64,000 bases of DNA from Candidatus Hydrogenedentota bacterium (GTDB lineage Bacteria > Hydrogenedentota > Hydrogenedentia > Hydrogenedentales > SLHB01). The notes under the pieces are model-generated. The model worked only from the letters and a program-made list of their open reading frames with translations, did not search any database and was not told the DNA's origin. The number at the start of each line of letters is the position of its first letter. The stretch's first letter is position 1. Of this stretch, positions 18,575 through 26,423 are shown piece after piece. The translations under genes and the position numbers were made by a program. The stretch lies in contig BTVY01000002.1 of assembly GCA_045863335.1 (NCBI GenBank), positions 64,001 to 128,000 on the forward strand, given 5' to 3'.

Positions 18575-19201
18575 TTACGAAGTTTCTTTGATGATGCGCA
18601 GGACTTGACGCTTACCTACAGTAGGCCATGAATCGCGCAGCCGGTGTTCGTTGATTTTGCGCAGGACATGATCGGCCACGGCACTTTGTGACGCGTTCTC
18701 GCGACTCGCTTTGAACGCGCGTGCTGTGTCCTTAATGAACTGGTCGCGGGGCGATAAGGTATTGCGCTTCTCCGCCTCTCGCCCTTGTTGCTCTTCATGC
18801 GCCCGCCGCCCCTTCCGGGTGTCGGGTGCATCCGCGTAGGCATTGATAGTCTGTTCAACGCGCCCAAGCATCAGAGCACAGTTGATCGCGTTCGCAATGT
18901 CCCCCGCTTTGATGTAATGCCGAAGTATCACGATTTGATGTAGTGCCGCCTGTGCCGCGATTCTCATGCCTTGCACGCCCTGTAGTGAGTCAATCTGGCG
19001 TTGGGTGGGGTTCTTCGGTAGTCTGGGTTCCGGGACTTGATCCAATACCGTGCGGGCGCTTCGTTCAATCTTCGACAGCCGCGCTTCAATGGACGCGGAG
19101 GATACCCCCCCAACAACGAACAAAGTGCCGTCCGGCGTGTCGAATGTTAGGTCTGGGGTGACGTTTTTCCATCCGGTAGGTTTCGGCTTCGATTTCTTCA
19201 T
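18575..19201 (-). CDS. hypothetical protein, possible C-terminal HTH regulator
   Basis: Lies between int and the HTH genes. C-terminal SQSAVADHV...VGKRQVLRII. Start uncertain (19201-19243). Confidence 0.55.
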   Translation of the reverse strand: MKKSKPKPTGWKNVTPDLTFDTPDGTLFVVGGVSSASIEARLSKIERSARTVLDQVPEPRLPKNPTQRQIDSLQGVQGMRIAAQAALHQIVILRHYIKAGDIANAINCALMLGRVEQTINAYADAPDTRKGRRAHEEQQGREAEKRNTLSPRDQFIKDTARAFKASRENASQSAVADHVLRKINEHRLRDSWPTVGKRQVLRIIKETS

Positions 19202-19234
19202 GATGTTCGGCTCCATCTTCGGCATTAAATGAGC

Positions 19235-19289
19235 CGGGGACAATCCACTGCCGATTGTGTGGACTTTCGGCCCGTCGGCCTAGTCCCCG
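19235..19289 (-). ncRNA. structured RNA downstream of integrase (int-alpA-like motif)
   Basis: CGGGGAC-UAGGCCGACGGGCC-GAAA-GUCCAC...GUGGAU-U-GUCCCCG three-way junction, 15 nt after the int stop. Confidence 0.5.
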
Positions 19290-19304
19290 AACGACTAAAC
19301 TGTA

Positions 19305-20576
19305 CTACTTCCCGCTGCGTTTCTTCCTCGGAAACTTCACTACCTTCGCGCCGCGTGGTTCCGCGATACGTTCAACGGCTTCGCTCTTGTGCTCCGGTGC
19401 GAGATGCGCGTACCGCAGCGTCATGGTTAGATCGGAGTGCCCTAGCAGTTCGCGAACGGTGTTCAGGTCCACGCCCGCCATAACCAGCCGACTTGCGAAA
19501 TGGTGCCGGAGGTCGTGCCAGCGGAAGTTCTTGATCCCCGACTTCTCTATTAGCCCTTCCCATGAGGTTTTGACGTTATCCAGACGGCCCCCGTTCGGAC
19601 TGGGGAACACGTAGCCATGCGGAGGTACTTGATCGCGCCACGTCGCTAGTGTGGACCGTGCGACGGAGTTCAACGGCACATGGCGGGACTGTCCCGACTT
19701 GGCCGTATCTCCGCGTACCGTAAGCATACCGCCGTCAAGGTCAACATCTTCCCATCGGAGGTTGAACACTTCGCCGCGCCGGAGGCCGGTATTCATGGAC
19801 ACGATAACCATGGGTTTCAGATAGTCGGCATAGGCCAGCTTCCGCAGGTCCGTCAATTCGACACGATGACGATCCCGCCGCCACTTGTTGTAGCTGTCCC
19901 GCTTTGCCCTCATTTCTTCCTCGCGGGTGTCCAGTGCCTTTAACAGCGCCTTTTCCTCGTCGGCATCCAGATACCGCACCTTGGGTGCCCGGTCAAATTT
20001 CAGCCGCTTGGTTTTGGCGATAGGATGCGACGGTACGCGATCCCACTCAACCGCGCGGGACAGACAGGACCGCAGATCGTCAAGGTAGCGGTTTGTCGTG
20101 ACAGCCTTCGCGCCGTCCGCAATCATGGCCGCTCGCCACTTTTCCACACGGCCCGGTGTGACTTCCTGCAAGGGAACGTTCCAAAGGCTTGCGAACGCCG
20201 ATTTCATGTTTCGGAGCGTAGCCGCGCCGGTGCGCTTCGAGCGTAACCACAGGGGATCGTATTCATCCTCCACAAAGGCCCCTAGGGTCAACGGTGCGGC
20301 TTTCTTGCGCTCCGCGCCGGGGTCGATGCCCTTCGCCGCGTCTGCGGCTTTCAGGACGGCTTCCGCGCGTGCCTCTTGGGGCGTCATAGACTCCGCTCGC
20401 CCTATCTTCACCCGCCCCCGTGTTCCGTTGGGAAGCAGGTACCGGAGGTAGTACGTCCGCGCCCCGCCCGATTCGACTCGCAAGCTAAATCCGCGCAAGT
20501 CAGGATCGAACACTTCGTAAGGTTTCTCCTGGGGCGTGTACTTCGGTAAGTCCTTCGCCGTCAGCTTTCCTTTCAT
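19305..20576 (-). CDS. int: tyrosine integrase with N-terminal arm-binding domain
   Basis: N-terminal YEVFD..LRGFSLRV...G.RTY; catalytic TGLRRGE, K, HDLRH, LGH and Y. Adjacent to attR; GGAG RBS. Confidence 0.95.
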   Translation of the reverse strand: MKGKLTAKDLPKYTPQEKPYEVFDPDLRGFSLRVESGGARTYYLRYLLPNGTRGRVKIGRAESMTPQEARAEAVLKAADAAKGIDPGAERKKAAPLTLGAFVEDEYDPLWLRSKRTGAATLRNMKSAFASLWNVPLQEVTPGRVEKWRAAMIADGAKAVTTNRYLDDLRSCLSRAVEWDRVPSHPIAKTKRLKFDRAPKVRYLDADEEKALLKALDTREEEMRAKRDSYNKWRRDRHRVELTDLRKLAYADYLKPMVIVSMNTGLRRGEVFNLRWEDVDLDGGMLTVRGDTAKSGQSRHVPLNSVARSTLATWRDQVPPHGYVFPSPNGGRLDNVKTSWEGLIEKSGIKNFRWHDLRHHFASRLVMAGVDLNTVRELLGHSDLTMTLRYAHLAPEHKSEAVERIAEPRGAKVVKFPRKKRSGK

Positions 20577-20608
20577 CCGTATCACTCCTATAGTGCGTGT
20601 GCCGGATT

Positions 20609-20627
20609 CTGTCCCGTATCTGTCCCG
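20609..20627 (+). promoter_or_regulatory. putative integrase arm-type sites, right
   Basis: Identical 19-mer to 10719-10737. Lies between the int start and a minus-strand TGTTATACT extended -10. Confidence 0.75.
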
Positions 20628-20756
20628 GAGACAGTATAACACGGAGTAAGACGGTAGAAAAGCATGAATTTCGGATAGCCAATGTTTACGGGGGTTTTGT
20701 GGGGTATTTGCCTCGAAAGGCCGGATTAGAATCTACCGCGTTACACGGCAAAAATC

Positions 20757-20806
20757 CGTTCGGGACGAAGAGGCCGGAGGTTCAAATCCTCTCACCCCGA
20801 CCATTT
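20757..20806 (+). repeat. attR core (tRNA-Pro 3' fragment)
   Basis: 50-bp identity to 10601-10650; lacks the tRNA 5' half. Confidence 0.95.
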
Positions 20807-20917
20807 TAAATCTCCTCCAATTGGCGACTTACGTGCTATAATGCGTAAGTCGCCGTATTTTTCCCGGTGTTTATCGTATCTCCTCTGGCCCGATAGGTAA
20901 TTGAAGGAAGTGATCAA

Positions 20918-21025
20918 ATGCCTACGATCTTTACGCTGTTGCAAAGTTTGAGCCAGTTCTTGCAGCTCATTCAGTTCATCCAACAGATATTGAGCTTCTT
21001 CTCGTTGTTGTTACCTGTAGGGTAG
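20918..21025 (+). CDS. 35-aa uncharged amphipathic peptide (sORF)
   Basis: GAAGGAAG RBS; MPTIFTLLQSLSQFLQLIQFIQQILSFFSLLLPVG. Absent from the supplied ORF track. Confidence 0.55.
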   Translation: MPTIFTLLQSLSQFLQLIQFIQQILSFFSLLLPVG

Positions 21026-21210
21026 CATCCACCACCATTATCGGTCGTTCCTCTGGGAGCCTGCGATGATTGCGGTCCCAACGGTCCGCGGTCGCGTGGC
21101 CGACGCCGCGATGCTGCTTGGTGGCCGCAGGCGGGTTTGTGGTTTCACGCGAAATCGTAGGATAATGCCGGGGACATTGCCATAACCACGGCGTAGGGGA
21201 ACTATTTACC

Positions 21211-22539
21211 ATGAACACAAGTCGACGATCCTTCCTCAAGACTGCGGCGGTTGCCGCCGCTCCGTTGATTCTGCCGTCCAGTGTTTGGGCGGCCAAGACC
21301 AAGCCCAACGATCGGATCACGATGGGATTCATCGGGATGGGAAAGCAGAACCGGTATCTGCTGAACACGTTTCTGCAATATGATGAATGCCGGGTTGTCG
21401 CCGTGTGCGACGTGGACACAACGCGACGTGAATCGGCACACCAGATGGTGCTCGAGCGGTATGCGGACCGGCCGGAGTCTGGTTCGGCGGATTGTCAGGC
21501 CTACAACGATTTCCGGGAGATCATCGCGCGGAATGACATCGACGCGGTCTGTATCGCAACGCCGGATCATTGGCATGCCATTCCCACCATTGCCGCCTTG
21601 GAATCGGGCAAAGATGTCTACTGCGAGAAGCCGCTGACGCACAACATCCACGAGGCGATCGCGGTGATGGATGCGGTGAAGAAGAACAAGCGCGTCTTGC
21701 AAACCGGGTCGATGCAGCGTTCCATGAGCGAATTCCGCATCGCCTGCGAGTTGGTTCAGAACGGCGCCATCGGCAAAGTCGATCGGGTGGAATGCAGCTT
21801 TGGCCCTCCGGGGGTTCCCTGTGACTTGCCGGAAGAGCCGATGGAACCGGGATTGGATTGGGAGATGTGGATCGGCCCCGGGCCCATGCGGCCGTACAGT
21901 TCGGTCTTGAGTCCACGCGGTATACATGACCACTTCCCCGATTGGCGAAACTACAAGGAATACGGCGGCGGCATGGTCTGCGACTGGGGCGCACACCATC
22001 TGGACATTGCTCAGTGGGGCCTGGACATGGACAACAGCGGGCCAGTGGAAGTTTGCCCGCCCAACGATCCGGAAGCCCAAAACGGAGGCGTTCTCTATTA
22101 CAAGAACGGCGTGCGCGTAATCCACGTGAGCGGGTTTGGTGTGGAGTTCTTCGGCAGCGAGGGCGAGGTCAAGGTGAATCGCGGCAGGTTCGAGTTTTAC
22201 CGCGACGGCAAGAAGGTGGCCGGTTTCGTTGAGCGCACGGACGGTTCACTCGGCGCAACGTTGCTGAAAGTTGAAGAGGAATATCTGAAGGACGCGCGCA
22301 TCAAGCTGTACAAGAGCGACAACCACCTCAAAGACTTCCTGAACTGCGTGAAGTCTCGCAAGAAACCGATCACGAGCGAGATCGTGGGTGGGCATTCGGC
22401 GATCTGCTGTCACCTGTTGAACCAGGCCTACTACAATCACTCCCCGATCAAGTGGAAGCCGAAGCGCCTGCGTTTCGAGAAGGATGGCGGCAAGGCGGAA
22501 TGGTTGACGCGCGACTACCGCGCCCCGTGGAGTGTCTAG
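21211..22539 (+). CDS. Gfo/Idh/MocA oxidoreductase, Tat signal
   Basis: SRRSFLK, GFIGMG, IATPDHWH, YCEKP, DWGAHHLD. Confidence 0.92.
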   Translation: MNTSRRSFLKTAAVAAAPLILPSSVWAAKTKPNDRITMGFIGMGKQNRYLLNTFLQYDECRVVAVCDVDTTRRESAHQMVLERYADRPESGSADCQAYNDFREIIARNDIDAVCIATPDHWHAIPTIAALESGKDVYCEKPLTHNIHEAIAVMDAVKKNKRVLQTGSMQRSMSEFRIACELVQNGAIGKVDRVECSFGPPGVPCDLPEEPMEPGLDWEMWIGPGPMRPYSSVLSPRGIHDHFPDWRNYKEYGGGMVCDWGAHHLDIAQWGLDMDNSGPVEVCPPNDPEAQNGGVLYYKNGVRVIHVSGFGVEFFGSEGEVKVNRGRFEFYRDGKKVAGFVERTDGSLGATLLKVEEEYLKDARIKLYKSDNHLKDFLNCVKSRKKPITSEIVGGHSAICCHLLNQAYYNHSPIKWKPKRLRFEKDGGKAEWLTRDYRAPWSV

Positions 22540-22562
22540 ACACCAACCCGAATTTACGCGAT

Positions 22563-22596
22563 AACGGCCGGGGAAGGATCCTCTCCCCCGGCCGTT
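22563..22596. terminator. hairpin between convergent genes
   Basis: AACGGCCGGGG...CCCCGGCCGTT. Confidence 0.6.
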
Positions 22597-22608
22597 TCAT
22601 CTTCTGCA

Positions 22609-24927
22609 TTAATTCTTGCGCGCCGACACTTTCCATTTGACGTTTGCGGTGTCAAACGCGATTTCGAGAGCGTGGAGTCCGCGGCCCAGATTGTGCGCCG
22701 GAATGGATGTCTTTTCCAGAGTCCAGTTCTCCGGAACGTAAACATACAGGTTTCCCCGGAGGCCTTTGGCGCGGTGAATCGTGCCAGAAAGGCGTCCTTT
22801 ACTTTCGTCCCAGTCGAGCTTGGCGAGTTCGGCCTGACCCTGTGAGAGATGAAAGTCGGTGCCTACAAACTGAGGCCGACCCTGTTCCGGCCATAGCGCG
22901 AAGAGGCGCACGGCCTTGCCGGGAACCGACGCGGTGAAAGCATCCGTGCTGGCTCCTTTGAAGTCGTCCGTCCAGAATTCACGTGCGAGGTAAGAAGTGC
23001 CCGGCTGTAGCCCCATCTCTTCCCAAGTGACGGAATAGCTGCGTTCCTCATCGGAGAAATTGAAGAAGGCGAGCAGTTCCCATTCGATACCGTTGTGTTC
23101 GACGTGGAGGTGCCAGATGTCGGGCTCGCTACCGGCAAAAAGGTTCAAGGGCCGCGCCGCCTGGGCAAAGGCCGGCATCGTCTGTTGCATCATGCGGATG
23201 CGTTCTTCGGGGAGAGTGGTGAGGTCGTCGGAGTACATGATGCTCGAACCGGAGAGAGCGAGCATGGTTGCGCGCACGCGGCATTCTTCGGTACTTCCTT
23301 GCGCGCGGATGGACAGGTCGCAGGCTTCGTGATTGTACAACCGGCCGTGAAGCCAGTACTCGGCGGACGACATGGCGAAGACGCTGCGGAGCGTGGGCCA
23401 CGTGCTCGTGCCCGCGTCGAGGGTGTCGCTGGTGGCGTAGACGCCGTCGGCGAGGCCGCTGGACAGGAGCGGCGGCGTCTGGCAGTAACGCACGTAGGCT
23501 TCGTCGCCCGCGCCTTCGCGGACGGCTTCCATGGCGCGGCGCAAGGGCTCCCAGCCGCGCGCGTTCGCGGGGTCGGCGGGATAGAGGTTCTCCCCGGCGC
23601 AGGCGGCGATGAAGTCGATCTTGTAGTATGAAGCCCCGGCATCGGTGAGGCGCCGGAAGGTATCCACGATGTAGTCGTAGGCGTCCGGTTGCGTCGCGTC
23701 GAGTTGGAATTGCTGTGGGTTCGGTTCCCAATACCACGTCCAGGTGACGGCGGGGTTGCCGGATTCGTCGCGCAAGACCCAGTCCGGGTGTTCCTGAAAC
23801 AAGCGCGAGGTTTCCGCGACTTCCGTTGGGGCGATCCAGATCCCGAGTTTCAACCCGAGTCCGCGGAGGTCCGCTGCGAGCGCTTCCAGACCGCCGGGAT
23901 AGTCAGCCCTATCAACATCCCAATCGCCGCAGATGTCGCCGATTTGCCAGCCATGATCGAGCAACATCAGGTCCATGCCAAGGTCCCGGAAGCGTTCGGC
24001 GACGACCTGGGCGTTCGCCATGGTGAATGCGTGGCTAATCGGGAGGCGGATGGCGTACCAGGAACACCAGCCGATCGTGGCCGGCGAACGGCGTGGCGGA
24101 AGCGCGCTGGCGAGCAAGTCGCCGTAAGTTTCCAGGGCGTTCAAAGGATTGGCGTCGCTGCGGAGGACGAGCCAGCCGGTTTCGAGGCGTTCACCTTCCG
24201 CCAGTTGGCGACCGTGGAAACGTGCGACGCCCGAGATTAACGTCTCGTCAGTGTCCGCCGCGTAGCGGACTTGAACGACGGGGCGGCAACTCGGGGCGGT
24301 AATGAAACCCGCGGTAAACGCGGGTCCAGACGGAAAGCCGAACGTGACCATCCCGCTGCTGTCGGCGTCGAGCGCCGCTTCCGTTCCGTCCTCGTTGGTC
24401 GAACAAAAGGCTTCCATTGTCGGATGGCCGGGACTGCGTTCGATATAGGCGCAGGCGTCGCGCGCGGGTTGTCCCAACGCGACGCGACTCGGCGTGACGA
24501 GCGTGAAATCGCCCAGTGATACCGACGCACCGGACTTGTTGACGATCTCCCCCTGAATCGCTACCAGACCTTGTTCGTCGTAACGTCGCAATCGGATCGT
24601 CACGTCGACGGGAAGATTCTCCGCGCCGAGCGATGCAGAAATCTCTGTTGCCTTCCCCAGTTCGTCGTCGACCGCGGATTCCGTAGGCCGGTCGAGTGGC
24701 CGCAATGGGTATGCGACGCCATTAACGTCAATCTGCGAAGATGCGTCCGAGATCCCCACGTTAGTCGCACCCCACGTTGCCGACCAGACCCATGTGTCCG
24801 GGTTCGTCTCCACGTGTACGGAATCGACACTGCCGGAATCCTGTGCATCTGCGGCTGGGATCAGGCATAGCAGGGCGAGCAACATGGCAGCACAAAAGAA
24901 CGCTCGTCTATTTCGCGGAACGATCAT
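22609..24927 (-). CDS. secreted alpha-galactosidase-like glycoside hydrolase (GH36/GH27 clan)
   Basis: Signal peptide; GWCSWY, LLDHGWQ, GLKLGIWIAP, YYKIDF. Confidence 0.8.
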   Translation of the reverse strand: MIVPRNRRAFFCAAMLLALLCLIPAADAQDSGSVDSVHVETNPDTWVWSATWGATNVGISDASSQIDVNGVAYPLRPLDRPTESAVDDELGKATEISASLGAENLPVDVTIRLRRYDEQGLVAIQGEIVNKSGASVSLGDFTLVTPSRVALGQPARDACAYIERSPGHPTMEAFCSTNEDGTEAALDADSSGMVTFGFPSGPAFTAGFITAPSCRPVVQVRYAADTDETLISGVARFHGRQLAEGERLETGWLVLRSDANPLNALETYGDLLASALPPRRSPATIGWCSWYAIRLPISHAFTMANAQVVAERFRDLGMDLMLLDHGWQIGDICGDWDVDRADYPGGLEALAADLRGLGLKLGIWIAPTEVAETSRLFQEHPDWVLRDESGNPAVTWTWYWEPNPQQFQLDATQPDAYDYIVDTFRRLTDAGASYYKIDFIAACAGENLYPADPANARGWEPLRRAMEAVREGAGDEAYVRYCQTPPLLSSGLADGVYATSDTLDAGTSTWPTLRSVFAMSSAEYWLHGRLYNHEACDLSIRAQGSTEECRVRATMLALSGSSIMYSDDLTTLPEERIRMMQQTMPAFAQAARPLNLFAGSEPDIWHLHVEHNGIEWELLAFFNFSDEERSYSVTWEEMGLQPGTSYLAREFWTDDFKGASTDAFTASVPGKAVRLFALWPEQGRPQFVGTDFHLSQGQAELAKLDWDESKGRLSGTIHRAKGLRGNLYVYVPENWTLEKTSIPAHNLGRGLHALEIAFDTANVKWKVSARKN

Positions 24928-25040
24928 TGAAAGAAGTCCCCTTTTGCGTTGAGAATCGTTGGCATTCGATCGCAACTGAGAGGCTGCGGTCCACGCCACC
25001 AAGAATGAAGATCGCCCTGGGTCCTGTATTCAGACTTCCG

Positions 25041-25194
25041 AGGAGGGCGGTTTTTCGTACCCGCCCCGCATACGATTGCATTTGTGAGGCAGACCTCTCA
25101 ACTCCCGCGGCACCTTACGCAATCCATCTCTAATTCACATCAACGCACTGTCGTGAAATGGCTGGCGTGGCGGGTTGGAAAACCCGCCCTCCTA
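25041..25194. repeat. REP doublet (AGGAGGGCGG...CCCGCC)
   Basis: 25041-25065 and a degenerate inverted copy at 25169-25194. Confidence 0.6.
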
Positions 25195-25345
25195 TCAATC
25201 CCGGCGCTTGGTGTGCGCTGTTGCGAACCTGGGGCGCAACCTCGGAATTGCGCGGGGCACCGGTTGCGATGCTTCTTTTCATTCCAAGGTACAGTGTATC
25301 CTGAATTGTAGAAAGGCCTGATTTCGTAGGCCAAAGGGGGGAGAT

Positions 25346-26407
25346 TTGGGGATTACGCATCGAGAGAATTTTGAACGGATGATACGAGACGGCCGCGCGG
25401 GATGGATCCCGTTCACGCTGGACGTGGGAGGGGTTCCGGGTTTCACCGGTCCGATTCTCGAACGCTGCGAGCGCGAAACAGGGTCACGCCACCCCGAGGA
25501 GTACTTTGATTACGACTTCCGGACGGTGTCTCTGAAGACACGGTTTGGCGGGGACGACCCGGCAGCCCTCCACGCCTCGGTACCCGGCGGGACGACCTTT
25601 GACGAGTGGGGCATTGGCCACTGGGCGGGCGGCGCGACGGGGACGTATGAGAAGACCTTTCCCCCACTCGCGCATGCTGAATCGGTGGCGGACGTGGAGT
25701 CGTTTCCGGTTCCGATCATCGAGGAGGGAACAGCAGCGGAGACAGCGCGGGGTTACCGCGAACGAGGGTATCCGGTATTCGGGTATGCGGGCAGCATCTA
25801 CGAATGGTCGTGGTGGCTTCGGGGGATGGAACACTTCATGATGGATCTCTTGTCCAACGCGCCGTTGGCGGAGGCCGTAGTCGGGAAAGTGGCGGGGTAC
25901 ACGAAAACGCTGGCGCTGGAATCGGCGGCCGCTGGAATCGATGTGCTCTGTTTTTACGACGACGCCGGAATGCAGACAGGCATGCAGATCGACCCGGACC
26001 TTTGGCGGAAATTCATCAAACCGCAGTGGAAAGGTATTCTCGATACGGTGCGGGCGGAGCATCCAAACGCGTGTTTTTTCCTCCACAGCTGCGGCAACAT
26101 CGAGGCGATCGTTCCAGACATCATCGAGGTGGGTTTCGATATCCTCCACCCGATTCAACCCGAATGCATGGACTTCGCGGCCATACACCGGGAATATGGA
26201 GCGGACATTACTTTGTGCGCAACGATCAGCGCGCAGAAGCTGTTCCCCTTCGGGACGCCGGAAGCGATTCGCGCGTGGGTCAAGCGAACCCGGGAATCCT
26301 GCGCGCCGGAGAATCGCGCGATCTTGTGTCCGTCGAACATGGTGCAGCCGGAGACGCCCTGGGAAAACATCGTGGCGTTCGCAGAGGCGGCGCGAAACCG
26401 GGGTTGA
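25346..26407 (+). CDS. uroporphyrinogen decarboxylase (URO-D/MtaA-CmuA) family protein
   Basis: DEWG, LRGMEHFMMDL, YDDAG.Q, HSCG, HPIQPECMD, FGTPE, PETPWEN. Confidence 0.85.
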   Translation: MGITHRENFERMIRDGRAGWIPFTLDVGGVPGFTGPILERCERETGSRHPEEYFDYDFRTVSLKTRFGGDDPAALHASVPGGTTFDEWGIGHWAGGATGTYEKTFPPLAHAESVADVESFPVPIIEEGTAAETARGYRERGYPVFGYAGSIYEWSWWLRGMEHFMMDLLSNAPLAEAVVGKVAGYTKTLALESAAAGIDVLCFYDDAGMQTGMQIDPDLWRKFIKPQWKGILDTVRAEHPNACFFLHSCGNIEAIVPDIIEVGFDILHPIQPECMDFAAIHREYGADITLCATISAQKLFPFGTPEAIRAWVKRTRESCAPENRAILCPSNMVQPETPWENIVAFAEAARNRG

Positions 26408-26423
26408 CCCGCCAATCGAATCG

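Larger units (their letters stand above)
10601..20806. mobile_element. tRNA-Pro-integrated capsid-encoding phage satellite (PICI-like), ~10.2 kb
   Basis: 50-bp direct repeat of the tRNA 3' part at both ends. Contains int, HTH genes, helicase, iterons, TerS and capsid genes; no tail, portal or TerL recognised. Confidence 0.92.

Noticed and set aside
19235-19289. hammerhead ribozyme
   Set aside because: It has GAAA and three stems but lacks the CUGANGA core.
20757-20806. second tRNA-Pro gene
   Set aside because: Only the 3' part is present, with no acceptor 5' strand or D arm. It is attR.
10601-20806. complete prophage or canonical cf-PICI
   Set aside because: No recognisable portal, large terminase, protease, head-tail adaptors, tail or lysis genes within the att-bounded 10.2 kb.
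20792-20983. 63-aa minus-strand ORF
   Set aside because: It is antisense to the RBS-supported peptide ORF and runs through the palindrome into attR.
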